From: Octopus sinensis
Lineage: Eukaryota
NCBI RefSeq assembly: GCF_006345805.1
Contig: NW_021833004.1
Coordinates: 1 to 58,712 of the forward strand
Direction of reading: 5' to 3'
DNA: 58,712 bases
This document shows positions 24,043 to 39,760 of this stretch, piece after piece. Under the pieces are notes generated by a model. That model did not search any database. It was given only the letters and a program-made list of their open reading frames with translations, and had not been told where the DNA came from. Position numbers and translations under genes: made by a program. Each line of letters starts with the position of its first letter. Within the stretch, counting starts at the first letter, position 1.

Positions 24043-26346
24043 ATATACCCAAAACACGCAGCTAGTTATGATTGCCCAAGCGTTATTTTTACTTCCAATT
24101 GGGTTTTCCCCACACTTCAGAATAGTTCAAAATTGGAGCATTGCCCTTCTCAGAGGTTATGTCAAGCACCACTCCTGTTTGGTTTTGTGGGTAAGAAGAC
24201 TATTGTCATATTTTGTAGCACATGTTGTGACTGAGTAATAACAATAAGCCCAATAATGATCAGAGGAATTCCGGTTACCAACCATTTGCACCACCCTAAA
24301 TTTTATTATTTCCACAAATTGTACCAAGTTTATTTATACAACTATTTTTAAGCGAGTTCACATTTGGTATAGAAAAAAACCTAATGCAAGACCATTCTAA
24401 CACTTTTCTGAAGTCACCATTGTATATCCCAACGACTATTAGGAAAGACGAGATGGTCACAATTACCAGGGGTGTTTTTTTTTTTAATTTAAAAAGTACC
24501 AAGTTTAAAAAAAAAATTGTAGGGTAATCAGTCCAATGGCCAAATCAAAGATGAAATGAACTTAACTTCCTAGGTCAGTTTTGATGCAGACTTGGTTGAG
24601 GGGAAAAAAAATAGAGGCATTTCTTTTTTAAGAAAAACTTGGTACTTTTTAAATAAAAACCGTACTTTTTTTAAATATAAAAAAAAAAACAGGTACTTAA
24701 AACTCCTATAGGTGCTGCAAGTTGCCTCCCTTATTTAGATTTTTACCTTCACCCGCAAAACGTTTTTTTTTCTAATTGTAGCCAGTCCCTAAGAACATGC
24801 ATTTCCACGTGTCCATGCATCATGATAGACACATCCACCCATTATCTACCCCAACCAGACTCACTTGGCACTTTTGAGGAAGCTTAATAACATCACTCAG
24901 AGAGTATGAAACGGAGTGAGGGGGGGGGGCTAACTAAAACGTCTGAAAACAAACATGGCCGATTAAGGACAAACTTTGTGTAAACATACTATGGACAAGC
25001 GAAAGGGTTTATTTGTTCAATGGTACACATATTTTAGCCTACACCTTCCTTGAAGAAACTAGAGACAGCAAAGTATATAAGTTCCTTTATTCGTATCTCC
25101 ATGGAAGAAAAAAAAAGCGGATGTTTAAAACCCCACACCAGGCGTTTGTTTGATAGCTTTTGTTTTGCTAACACAGCATGGAGTCCATAGCAAAGATCGT
25201 ACTAAAAGGGCTCTTGGCCATTATCGTACACGATTTCAACACCAACAAGAAAAAATGTATACATATATATATAAAGTGTCAGTAAGGTTAAGTTAGTTTT
25301 TTACGAGGACGGTAGGTTGAAGCAATTAGAAATAACAGCCCAATCTTCCACGAATCGTACATGCTCTATCATCGTTACGTGCAAAGAGTGGAGGGACACA
25401 CATACACACAGATAACCACCAAGATAAATATCCGCATTAAACTAGATTTGGTCACGGTTGGATGCGTTTAAAATATAGGTTATGCTACGCTCGGTCGGTG
25501 CTGAATCGAAGAGTACTTATTAATGTAGTTTTGCTTGCTCGTTTCTCATTGGATTGCGGACATGCTGGGGCATCACCTTACAGGGTTTTTTAGTTGTACT
25601 TGGAACGCATCGACCTTCCTTCCTTCCCTAGTACAATTGTATTTTTTTTAAGCCTACCATAACAACCTATCGGTCACTTTTGTCGAACCGCTATTTACAA
25701 GGACATAAACAAACCGTCTTCGGTTGTCAAGTGGTAGAAGAGAACAGATATATGCATATACGAGGAGCTTCGCTTCAACTTGTTCACGAAATTCAATCCA
25801 AAAGCGCCGTATAGGGGTACTAAAACCCAAGGCCACACAATCCAGAAAGCAGCTTTCCATTCCACACAGCTACGTCTAATTGAGGAGGGGGGTATGAATT
25901 CCTGCCTAGGTGCACAGTACAACAAAAGTACTGCGAAAAGTTTTTCCTCGTATTTCATTAAATATCTCTGTATTTATCAAAGTTATCAAGGACATGGAGA
26001 TGCGGGCACACACGGGTGGTAAAAGTGTTATTTCTGCTGTGAACCCTTCCTCCCTCCTCCTCCTCACAGGGAGAGGAGATAAAAAGGGGAGAAAAAAACA
26101 AAAAAACTGTGCCACCTGAACGAAATGAACTCGGACAAGAAGAAAAGCTAAATAAGAAAGGTGAGAGAGGTGAACCCCGAAGGACCCAATGACTTGGCTT
26201 TAAACAGGCAGAGAATTATAAGGGCAACACTTCATGTATGTATCTGTATGTATGTTTATGTATGTATGTATATATATGTATATATATGTGTGTCTACATG
26301 TATTTACACATGTACATAAATACAAATTTCCCTTTATGTGCGTGTG

Positions 26347-26390
<44 letters not shown>

Positions 26391-26999
26391 ACACTATATA
26401 TATTTCTATCCCTTTAGCATTGATTATTTTATCAAATATAAAGGCTTATATTCACATCGTTTTGAATTCACCATTATCTTATAACTTCCAAAATTTCAAG
26501 GATTTAATTTAGTTCCATAATGACCATTGTAGGGCCAAGTGTGAGGCCAGAACTAGCGAGTTTGAACATAAAAAAAGCTAAGAATATTTGGAACGGATAT
26601 GGCCGGTTTATATGCTGAAGGGACATGTAAACCGTATTGTTATTTTTTCCATATATAGACATTCAAATGTATGTATATAGACACTATATACATAGACAAG
26701 AATAATTACCCCAAGCTGCTAGAACTATATATACACATGGCATATTATAAATATATAGACAATATATATATAATATATATATGAATAAATAAATGGAGTT
26801 TAACTTGAAAGTAAAAAATATTTGATTTACACCTGCGTTAAAACTCCATTTTATTTATTCTATTCATAATTTATTCAAAATATTAAATGTAAACACGAAG
26901 TTTCTACCTTTATAAACAAGGAGTGACATCTTGTGAGATTTTTGCTACCCTGGTAACTATTTTTATTTATTTTTTCCGTGTTAATTGTTAACAAGGTAA

Positions 27000-27022
27000 A
27001 AAAACACTCATCTATATATATA

Positions 27023-27063
<41 letters not shown>

Positions 27064-27125
27064 CATGTGTATTTGTAATATAAGGAAATTTGCCTGTGTA
27101 ATATATATATATATATATATAATAT

Positions 27126-27161
<36 letters not shown>

Positions 27162-27202
27162 GACATACATGTGTATTTGTAATATAAGGAAATTTGCCTG
27201 TG

Positions 27203-27244
<42 letters not shown>

Positions 27245-27445
27245 TATTGTTAAGGCAGAAAACACTCATCTATATATATATATACACATACATGTGTATT
27301 TGTAATATAAGGAAATTGCCTGTGTAATATATATATTATATATATATATATATACATCATACATACGTATAAATAAATAAGTATATATATATATATATAC
27401 ATATTTATATACATGTGTATTGTAATAAGGAAATTTGCCTGTGCT
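27000..27445. repeat. Four tandem ~40-bp cores (ACATGTGTATTTGTAATATAAGGAAATTTGCCTGTG) spaced by (TA)n
   Basis: Copies near 27059, 27163, 27285 and 27409. Confidence 0.85.
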
Positions 27446-27828
27446 TGCTATGAAGGCACGATAAACATTACATATAAATATATATATATATATACATATA
27501 TATGTATATATATATATATACACTCAACAACGCACTCACTCTATGTACATAAATTTGAAAATCCACGTGCGGACCTTTAATTATTATTAAGCATTCGCAA
27601 GCGCTTGCTCCCCCACCCCCGCCCTTCGTCGCAGTCCCGCGTCTGCGCAGCGATGCGCACACGCGCGCCCTTTTTATTTACTTATTTTCCAGTTGTAAGA
27701 AGCGCATGTAACATTTTAATAATAACGAACGCACGAGGTGTACGAATGGCGCGAAAATGCAACGCTTTTCATTCAACCCCTTAACAGCAGAATATACGTG
27801 CGTGCGCGCGTATGTGTATATATGTATT

Positions 27829-27864
<36 letters not shown>

Positions 27865-28014
27865 GATAGATAGATAGGCATATAAATTACATATCGGAGA
27901 GCGTCACTTCTGTAGCATTTTATATCGAACACAAATGTACATACGTATATGCAGATATACATACACAACTATATATATATAATATATATTAATATGCACA
28001 CGTATGTATATATT

Positions 28015-28056
<42 letters not shown>

Positions 28057-28186
28057 GCACACGTATGTATATATATATATATTATATATATATATATATA
28101 TATATCTTTATTTAAAGCATATTACTCCAGCATTGGTATTTGAGTACTCTTTTTTCCACCTTGTTTCACATTTGTGTTTACTCCGG

Positions 28187-28222
<36 letters not shown>

Positions 28223-29757
28223 TATATATAGGTGGTGCCCCAGCATGGCGGCAGCCTGACAGACAGCGTTACAACGACCCCCCACTCCACCGTCTAATTT
28301 CTACTCAAATGCCTTTTCCTTTTTTGTCCTGTTAGATGACCCCACAAGGTACTTTTCTGGGAATTTCAAAATAGCGAAGGTCGAAATCAATGGTTTGGGG
28401 TTCGATACCTCAACGCGGCACTTGGACCGGGTCAAGTATATATACTCTATGCTGCAACCCCGGGCCATCTAGAGCATCCCGCGGTTTTAAAAACGGTGTT
28501 GGTTAGATTACTTCCACGCAATCTGGCAAACCTCACCTTGCATGTATATAAGCACGCTTGATAAACAGACCACCAGTTCAACAGCAGCTGGGGAGGTAAA
28601 TAGCCATCTAGACGAACTCATATACATCTACCTTGAGTAATAGACACCAAAACTTTTATTCTTCAATAAACATACCAATATATTTTGAACTCCCATTTCT
28701 ATTACTCCATAGCACCGACTTGAAGTCGTCATGGAACATTGAAACCACCTGACGCAAAGGCTTAATGCTAAGTGTCGAAATCATGATGAGATTTGGTCGA
28801 CAAAAGAGGAAGGAGTAATCCATGTGTTTATCGTCCAACACATATACACATATATAAATGCAATTACGTGTGCACTGCAACCACGTGCTTTTTTTTTTTA
28901 ATTTAGTAACTGCGTGGCGGCATTTTGGGAAATAGGCGAGCAATGTCCCTTGTACGAGAGCTTCGTGGACGGAGATTAGAGCGAGCCCATATTTATATAG
29001 GCTAGTTGACTATCCGTCTACCTCACACCGTTTGTCAAGCACTGTAGGTTTATTTACGTGTAACTTAGCAGTTCAGAATAGAAAACTATTAGAATAGGCA
29101 CACCGGGTTGTAAAAACAGTAGGAAAAAAAATTAGTACTGCTTTGGCCACTGGGAAGCAGAAAAAAGTAATGATGGTTGTATGTGTTTATACACACGAAA
29201 ATTGTGGTGTTACAGCATGGCCTGTCACACGAAAGTATAATATTCCTTGAATTCCCCCCTTGTAAAAAAAAAAAAAAAAAAAACCACTGCTTGGTACGAA
29301 AAGAATTTATTTTTTCCTTACAAAGTAAAAAAAAAATTTTTTTGCGGAAATATTTTTTTAAAAAACTTTGATTAAAAAATTGTAAACAGGATGAAATAAA
29401 GCTAAAAGGAGTGAGGAAAATATTGAATATATTCCTAAAACCTGTTTTTAAGCTTCCTAACTAATCCTTTCCTAAATGTATAAATTTTTTACAGTGAATG
29501 GAGATGAAGGAATGCAAAGAGAAAGAAGAGAACTAGGCAGAGCGGCAGAAGGGGATGCTAAGACGAAGCAGAGACACGTCGCCATTTTATTTGCGATCTG
29601 CTTGGCATAAAAAACCACCTGTAAAGAAAAAGTTTTTTAAAACTCACTAAAAGTTTTATATTAACAAAGAAACTGGGGGAAAAATGTATTCTATATTTGT
29701 GATTATTGTATATTAAAAGTGGGGGGAAAATTCTGTCTTAAATGTGGTTTATATAAT

Positions 29758-29800
<43 letters not shown>

Positions 29801-30178
29801 CCTAAAAAATATCTAACCTAAATTCTGTCTCTAACCTTTTCTAACATAATGGAAAGATGTGCGCACACACACACACGCATTCTTGTACAGTCAACTTTGA
29901 AAACTGTTAACCTACTTTCAACCTATATCTTATATAGCAAGCTAAGTCCAGAAAATATTCAATGGACGTCTGTGAGTGTATATGTGTGGTGGAGGTTTTT
30001 GTGTGGATATTAAATGCAAAATTTTCTAGTTTTACTTAATATTCTACGGTATTTTAAAATTTCTAGTAAAAGTGCTTTTTTAATTTGTGACTTAATTAAG
30101 ACGGAAGTATAAAACTAATTAAAGCTTTTTAATATAAACAACCACTTTTAAAACAGATGCAAGCAGAACCACGCAGTA

Positions 30179-30223
<45 letters not shown>

Positions 30224-31995
30224 GTATATAATACATTATACATGTACATATATATTATACATGTACATATATATTATATATACAAACGCACAGGCGTGTA
30301 CATGTACAGAAATGGTACAGGCAAACGCGCGCATATTTACCACATGTACACATGGAGGACAAGTTATATTTAATCGAACTGTATTTTAACCTATTTCTAA
30401 ACAATCTTTATCTAAAAGCTCTCACAATCAGTTCGCTCCAAATTTTTAATATTCGGTCTATGATAAAACCAGTAAACATTTTGTGAATCATCTACCACCA
30501 CGAATATATGTTTAAAAATAAAGTGTTTCCCCCACCCTCGTTAATATAAAATTCTTAATCGGAAATTTTAAAAAATGACCATTTTTACAGACCCCAATTT
30601 TTAATTTAAACCTTGTTTACAAACTTTTCTCCATTATGTATAAAATTTATGAAGACAAAAAGTTCGTTAAAAGTAGGTTATGGTTTTTATTTTATTTTTC
30701 TTCAGCCAGAATAGTCACGACTGGGTATCAGGAAGGGTCCTGCTTAGCCAGAGGGGTCACACTGGGCCTTAAATAAACATTGACAGGTTTAGGCCTAATT
30801 AATTCATACCAGACCCTATAACTTGAAAAGAATTCCATGGGAGATAGAATTTATTCTCTGAAGTAGACAGGCTCGCGAAAACACAATTATATATATACTA
30901 ACTATAATTAATTAATCTTAGAAAAAGGGGGAAAGATATGAGGGAGGGCGGTTGTTTGGGGTTTTTTGTTTGAAAACTTTTAAGATTAAGCAGTCGAGCG
31001 AACTGGCGGGAAATAGTTTTGAGGGATTAAGAAAAAAAGGTGGGGGAGACTTTTATATTTAGAAAAATACTTCCTTGCTTTTTATAAAGATTGGGAGGGC
31101 GATTTTAGATGGACATTAACATATGTATGTGTATATATGTGTGTATGTATGTATGCATGTATATAATTATTATAAGGATTGGTTGTATATATAAGGATTT
31201 TATTTCAGGACAAATGCAGAGGTGTGGATGGTGTGTGTGTGTGTAGAATGTGTGTTAGAAGGCAGAGTGAAGAGAGATATTTTAGATGTGAGACATGAAA
31301 AAAAAAGTTATTGAAAACTTTGCTTAAGTTGACAACTAGGAACGAAATGGAAGTAGAACAAATGAGAGAGGGCAGAGGAAAAGAATAGGTAGTAATAGAG
31401 AGGGGGAAAGGAGAAAGTGATGTTAGGGTGCGAGGGTGAACGGGAGGGAAAAGAAGGAAGGTAAATGAGAAAGGGGGGTGAAAGGAAGAATGATGGTTGT
31501 TTGTGTGAGGAGAAGTGGGAAGTGATAAATGCGTGAAGGGAGCGAAGAGAGCGAGAGAGAGCGGAAATCTAGGAGTGGATGTTGAAAGCTATGTGGAGTG
31601 GTGGTAAGAGGGAGAGAGATAAACGATAAGAGAAACGTGGTGACAGAGAGAGGGGGAAATGGAGCGATAGAGAGAAAGCACAGTGGAGGGGAGCGGGAGA
31701 ATGGAAATAAAGAAGGGGAAGTTTAAAGCGACGGGAGAACTTTATAAGTAGATAGACTAAGAGAATAAGGGAGAAAGAGAGTAAAAGGGGAAGGGAGTAA
31801 GAGGACATAGAGAGAGGGGGGTTATCATTAAAGATGATTAGAGAAGGGTGACAAAGAGAGGGTGAGTAATAGAGAAAGGGAGAGGAGAGAGGGAGGGAGT
31901 TGGGTGACTAAAAGTTATAGAGGAAGGGGGAGGGTGAAGTGATTAAAAGTTGTTGAAGTCTGCTGTTTTCTAATTTCTGATGAAGTTGACAAGTG

Positions 31996-32046
<51 letters not shown>

Positions 32047-32066
32047 TAGAGGGATATATGTGTATG

Positions 32067-32156
<90 letters not shown>

Positions 32157-33289
32157 TGTATATACATACACTAAAATTTTCAACGTGCTTGTTATCGTGG
32201 TGCGAATTTTAATGTGATGAGAGATGGTGCGCATGTTTACTTACATGCGCGTGAGCGCTATCTACATGTTAAATGCACGGTGTGTGTATATATATATATA
32301 TACACATCGTACATTTAACATGTATATATATATATATATATATATACATCACATATATGTGTGTGTATATATAGTGTAAGAATATATATTTATAACATCA
32401 CGTGTGTGTGTGTATGTATATATATATAGTGTGAGTATATATATATATTTATAACATCACGTGTGTGTGTATGTATAATATATATATATATTATATATAT
32501 ATATATATATTATATATATACACACACACACACAATCTATATGCAAATGTTACTATTTCTGACTATAAAAATCATGTAAAACTTATAAACTTATATATAC
32601 ATTTGTGTAATATATATATACAACTATGTACACACGGTGTGTATAAATCTGTACACATAACAGTACATGTATATATATACATGTGTAATATGCATACACA
32701 TCGCTTTACACGCATGTACACGTGCGCGTATACATATATATATATATGTATATATACACATACACATGTGTAGAGTTGACAGTCTCCCAGTTGGGCGACA
32801 GAAAGATAAAAAATAGGGGCGGGATTTAGGGAGACGGTTAGAAGCCGAGGTTGATACATTCGTTATATAGAAATTTCTCACTAGGTTTATATATACGTCG
32901 GTGTGTGCTGAGACCAAAATGTTGGCTAAGGGAGGTTGTGGGTGTATATGTGTGTGTGTATATATATATATGCGTGTACAGCAATGTGACGTGTATATAT
33001 GTTAGACTAGTTTAAATTGCCTGTAGCTATGTGGAGTGACAGCTCTATACACGATATATAAACTTGATGAATGTGTGTGTATATATATAATATACATACA
33101 TACATACACAGAGGATATGTGAGTTGTGTGTATAGGTACTTTGCGACACAACAGGCGTATTATAAACACTTTGAACAGTGACCTAGTGTCTTTAGACATG
33201 TACATATACACCCAGTGTTATATACTTATACACACATCACGCTTAACGCCCGAGCTCCAATGCTGGCATGGGTTAGAATATATACGCAC

Positions 33290-33344
<55 letters not shown>

Positions 33345-33444
33345 ATTATATATATATACACACACATATATATACTCACATTTCCACAAGAGAAATGTAT
33401 AAGTCACGTTTATATGCACAGATAGGTTGGAATTAGAACATATC

Positions 33445-33507
33445 AACCTGTGTATATATATATATGTGTAGATACACACATACATATATATATGTGTAGA
33501 TATACAC

Positions 33508-33539
<32 letters not shown>

Positions 33540-33735
33540 ATATGTGTAGATATACACATATATATATATATATATATATACATGTAGATATACACATATA
33601 TATATACACACATATATGTGTAGATACACACATATATACACACATATGTGTAGATACACACATATATATACACACACATGTGTAGATACACACATATATA
33701 TACACACACATGTGTAGATACACACATATATATAC
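33445..33735. repeat. Minisatellite TGTGTAGATAYACACATATATA, ~10 copies
   Basis: Directly visible. Confidence 0.85.
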
Positions 33736-33937
33736 ACACACACACTATATATATATATATACACACACACACACATTATATATATATATACACACACACA
33801 CACACATTATATATATATATATATACACACACACATTATATATATATATATACACACACACATATATATATATACAGACACACACACAGACACATATATA
33901 TACAGACACACATATACACACAGACACACACACACAC

Positions 33938-33981
<44 letters not shown>

Positions 33982-36900
33982 TAGTATCGTATCAGTATTC
34001 TACATGGCGTCAACTGTAACTTATAAACAATATAAAATATACACTTATATGTAAGGCAATTGTATTCTCACAAGTCGAGCTTGTATATATATATATACAC
34101 ATACATGCCCTAGTGTATATAATCCACACACACACACACACACCACAACACTACGACACGCACATTATACTGTATCAACTTTCGGTATTAGATTTCATGC
34201 AATTAGTGAACAGGATAGGTCACACTGTTTGTTGCTAAGTGTTAAATTAAATGTAGAGTCATTATTATCCAGACCACTGAATGTATACGTGTGGTATATT
34301 AACTCTCTTAGTTGAATGTGGCCATGATGGAGCACACCAACTTATATAGGATTGGTTGGTGGAACAAATGAAACGATTGTACACAAATTTGGTACTTCAT
34401 TTATTTTCGCCTGTGATGAATTACTTGACAAAGGTCGTAAACAAACCAACAACTGTGAGGCGATACATATTCAAACTTTGTGTGTGTATATAACAATGGC
34501 TAATTGTTTTAGACTATATGTACGTTTAGTAGAATATTTTGGCTTTTATGGACGAAAAAGCTCGATAGTAACTCCGAAGTTTTGGTTCACTAGATGGTCA
34601 GTGATATATGGATGGGCCAGTTACTTCGAAATCACAGTCAACTTTTTTTCCATTTCAAAATTCTATGTATACACACACTTGTCACATGTACAGACACAAG
34701 TTACTATATATAATAAAATAAACTACACAGGTCACATACTAAGACATGCGCGATCTGACACGATTTTAATTAGGATTTAAAATAACATTTTCCCTCCCCC
34801 AACCCATAACCAAACAGAGGAGGGGAAAAAATTGACGGGAAAAACAGTTTTTCACTGAAAAACAGTTCCCAAGTGACAGGTCTTTAAACAATACGAGTAT
34901 AGTATTCGAATGAGGCCTTGCTACTTTATCTCTCACACTCCGAAATATCTATTATGCATGAAAAATAGAAACCTGTCTGCTTTTTAGAATAAATAAAATA
35001 GAATTTTTTATCAATCGTTTTTGGTTTAATGTCGGTTTTTCATGAACTTTGATCGGTTAAATACGAAATGGTTTTGTATTAGATAAAGCTTTGAGGTTTT
35101 AATATCTTTTAAATGTCCGTCTTTTTCTAAAATACACCGATGTATATTTTGTAAAATTATTTTTATATCTTTGGTCATTCATGGTTAGAATTGAAAGGAA
35201 AAAAAATATATTTTGAAGTTTGGTCGCTAATTATTTGATTGATGTTTAACAGCCAGGGGAGGAACCTCTGTGAGAAGTTAAGTCTAGATTGCTAGAAACA
35301 ACAGCACCCATCACCCTCAGATCAAAGACTGGTTAAAGTTTACCCAAACACTTGTCCTGAAGAGTAAAGGAATATATCAGTTTAAGGGTTTTTTTTGTAA
35401 ACTATGGTCACGTTTGAAATCCTGATCACACGGTTTTAAAAGTAGGGGAGAGTCGAACAATCTTGTGTTGAGGGAAGTCAGATGACAAAAGTTTAGGGGA
35501 CTATGGTTGTAAGAAGGGAGGAGGGATCAAAGCTAATTCTAACTTCTATCTTGGAAACTCCACTATTAAACCAAGAAATCTCTAAATTAATAAGAAACCT
35601 TCAAAAACACAACCACACGAAATTATATCTAATCTCTTAGTAAACATGTTCAGGAATATAATTTTAGTTTTTGGTGGTTTAAAATACTTTTAAACTTGTC
35701 AAACATTAAAAAAGATATGTCAGGGTTTTGAGATTTCTTTCTTGAATTAATAGGGTTTCTAAAAGTTTACAAGCACCCAGCTTATTTCTATGAAGAATTG
35801 GAAGAAAAAAACAACTGTTGAATTCCAATTCATCTTCGTCTGAAAGCAGCTTTTTTTAATTAACGAAATGTCAAAACTGGAACACGAAGTCGCCAGAAAC
35901 TTTTTTTCAACTGGAAGAGTATATAGCTTTTTTTGTCTTGGCTTTCGTAAACACTTTAGTGGAAGGAAGTGATGGATTTATAATTTTATATGAAACCAAT
36001 AAAGGTTGATTTTAAAATTTAAACAGTTCCCGGTCAATCTTATTCTGCCCTCAAAAACCCGCTCTACATGGCGCACACGCGACGCACAGACACTGTAGCC
36101 ATATCAACGCCCACTAAAAATATTGACGTGGAGGTTTCTGTCTAATTTAATTAACTTTTATTCGAAATTAATTAACCACCGTTAATTTTTTGTAATTAAC
36201 ACTAATTTTTGACGTAAGGTGGCACGGATCAAAATTTAAGAAAGTGCTCGTTTAATGAAGTCGTCAAACTACTTTTGACAATACAGGGTTTATCGTAAAA
36301 TAAGATTTTTCAAGAGATTTCGGCGGTTAGATACAAACTACAAGGGGTTTGTCGTAGAAAATAGATTCAGAGAAAAAAAACCCGAGGAATTTGTCTTAAA
36401 GGAAAAAGTAACAGATCCTTAAAATAAAGCTAATTACGTACTGAAAGACTCATATCTGTAATAAAAAAATTGTTAAATGTTTATATAATCTCCAGAAATT
36501 TATATTTGAATATAAATTAAGTTCCCGTTGTTGACGTTCAAGAACCAACCACCTTGGCAGGGCAGGAAGGATAGAGACGACACATCTTCCCAACGACATT
36601 GGACAAAATTCTTTTTATTTAAGGGAGGGGTTAAAACAACCTGTGCCCCTCTAGATGGAGCGGCAGGGTTTTTTTTTATGGTTTTACAAGGTGAAATAAC
36701 TGAAGGACAAGATCTGACTCCAATTAAGCCCCGAGCTGACCATGGTAAACCTGATCAAGAATGCAGTCCAGTCGTGACCATACCACATAATTTCACAAAG
36801 TATCCTATAACTATTCGATGTATCGCAGATTCTATTTTAAAACGATAAAACTTGGGTTGGGTGGATGGGCGATTTGAATAGCAAATTTTCAGGGGAGATG

Positions 36901-39639
36901 TTCGAATTTTATTTCTAACAAATCAGCGACCACGTACAGAGATGTCCCTTCGTCAAGATGGGCCACGGTTGGAAATTCAGCTATTTCGTACGTTTTAAAG
37001 TATTTACCGTATTTTAAAAGAAACGAAAAATTCGGTTCAAAATACCGAAATATTTGAAAAGTACATAGATATAAAAATAAGTACAAATAAAAATTTATCC
37101 TTTTAATTAACATCTTATTTATAAAAATTATTTGGCTTTATTAATTTTCCTTCAGCAATACGTGTTCAAACTTAACTTCGTCCTAAAAGTTTTGTGACGC
37201 AGTCTTAAGTTTGACATATGGAGGGAGAAAAAAGATCGTGGTACGAGACTTAGAAAGATTTCAATTAGCGTAATTCAATCACGCGCCAATTAAAATTAAA
37301 ATTTAATTACTATCATTAATGCTGGTTACAGCAACAAGTTCGAAAGTGTAAGAGCCAGGCCCCTCAAACTACAAAATAAAGGTTCCTTTGGGGATGAGAA
37401 AAGGGAAGCTAATAATTATTCTATGTTCTATATTACAGCGAGGAAGACAGGAATTATGATATAGTGAGGGATCTACGAACAAGGTCCCCTCCCTATTTCT
37501 ACATGTCTTCAACAATCTTCTCTCCATATCGTCTGTGTCCCCTCCGCGCCTCACCATTCTGTCTGACCTGCGATTTCTATTTTCGCAAAGAATATAGAAC
37601 TTTGCTGCGTGGCACTAAGGAAAAACCAAGTCTCGACAATGTGGGTGTGTATACACACGCAATACAAAGTTTCATAAAAAAGTTTATCGACACCGAATAC
37701 TGCGCCTTTTGAATTTCGCCAACTTTTGTTTGTTCCCTCGCTAGCAAATAAATAAAGGCAAGTGTCAAATTTCTCTACAAAAACACCAGCTACCAATTTA
37801 ATTAACTTTCCCCCCCAGCTACACACTTTTTCGTAGGGAATAAACCACAACAAAGTAAAGAGAGGGGGTCTTGTTTTGTGTTGGGGATCCCATCTTTGAT
37901 TTTATGTATATAAAAAAAAAATAACACTCACCAACAAGGACCCAAGACCCACATATTAAGACAGGAGAGAGTATATTTTTGTCTGTGTACCCCAGTTATT
38001 TTCCCCCATGGCTTTTAATCTAGCCCAGGTCATCTTTACAATTTTTAGCCTTCTGGTTAGAGATGATAAAATCCTGTTATCTAACCCAATTATTACTGAT
38101 GGTTAATTAATAAAACCGAATTAATTTCCTGTATCCCGTCCGTGTTTAGAAATAGTTATTTTTATGTATATATAATATACAAATTGGACAAAAAAATAAT
38201 AAGCTCACTGCACCGAGAAGTATTATTGCATCTTTAAATTTTCGACTACAGAAAACTTTATGAACAAACTTGCTCGTACCAATGAACTAGACTATCCAAC
38301 CACGACCTTTATTTAAAAATAAGCCTGGCGTAATTAACTGGCAAATATTTTCTGAAAAAGAACGACTCATTTCCCGTCCATTACTAAACAAAAATTGAAA
38401 TCTCCAGAGTTTTTTTTGAATATTTTGTCTTTCAGGATGTAATATCTTCAGTTACGAACCAAGAAAAAATACTTCAAATAACTTTTTTTTAATTTCAAAA
38501 TATAAAGAGAGAGAAAAACAGTAAACACAAAACAACGTAAGCGTCAGAGGTTTTAAGTAGCCGCATGACCTGCTAGAAATAACAGCAACCAAATCTTCCC
38601 TGTTGCTTAAAAGATCTCCCTCAGCTCCAAGGGAAAAGGGAACAAACGGTGAAGGCTGGTCTGGAGTACCCCTTTAACTTCAGGTCTACTCCTACAAGGG
38701 GACAACGCGAGTGCTTTAAAAGACACCATCAACGGTACAATTGTTACAAAAGTTTAAAAAAACATCTTGTAATTTTACTTAAATAACCACCCAACAAAAC
38801 AGCCCCTTTTTAATACTTTTTACAAAAATAACAGCCCCCGTGTTGTAAAAAAAAACACGCTGGTTAATAGACTTTATTATTGATCAAAGACGTTCCAGCC
38901 ATGACATACTGCCAACTGAATGAGAGCTTTTTGGGGGGACAGACTGTGTCAAAAATCTCACCCACGATGTTAGCTGCTTTGATGATAGCTCCACTGCTAT
39001 TTCTAGCAAGCCGAGATGTTCCTTCCACGCGGCGCAGGGACACACACGTTGGATTTATACAAAACAAAAATAGGGTTTAAGGATACACGAACCAGGAACG
39101 AGATTACTGATTCGTGTGTGAAAGCAAAAGGAGGAGAAGGGTATAGAGATTTGAAAAGGGTATCTAAAAAAATGGGGTGCTTTTCAATAGAGACAGACAG
39201 GAAGAATAAAGGGGGAGGTGACAGCTAATGCAAGTGTATTCAACACAAAGGCATTGTAACGTTGTAAGGGAAATTAAGCGGGAACTTTGCAACCGTACCT
39301 CGTTATTATTATATACACCACACTCAAATGTTTAAACACACATGGAATATATACACAGGTTAAATTAATTGGGTTTAGTCTGTTGTATAAAATATCCATT
39401 TGTTGGACTAGATTTGTCGCGTATTTGAAGAAATATTTAAAAATCCCATTTTACAAGAAAGATTTATCAAGGGCGTGCGATGTTCTTAACATACCTCTAT
39501 CACCGAGACATGATTTAAGGACTCATATAATTATATATATATATATATTATATATAGATGTTATACACACGTTTGGGCTTTACTTACAAATAAACTATAT
39601 TATGTTAATATTCACGAAGTTTTGTTATATATAAAACTC

Positions 39640-39760
39640 TTGAGTCGAGAGTTCATATGCCGCCAAGGTCGACTTCGCCTTTTCGGGGATCGATTAAATC
39701 GCCAAAATGCCCCTGTACCAGTCACGTACTAGGGTTAATGTAATCCACTTGTACTACCAC
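39640..39760 (+). mobile_element. Degenerate Nin-domain-like SINE fragment in the intron
   Basis: GAGTTCATATGCCGCCAAGGTCGACTTCGCCTTTTCGGGGATCGATTAAAT. Confidence 0.55.
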
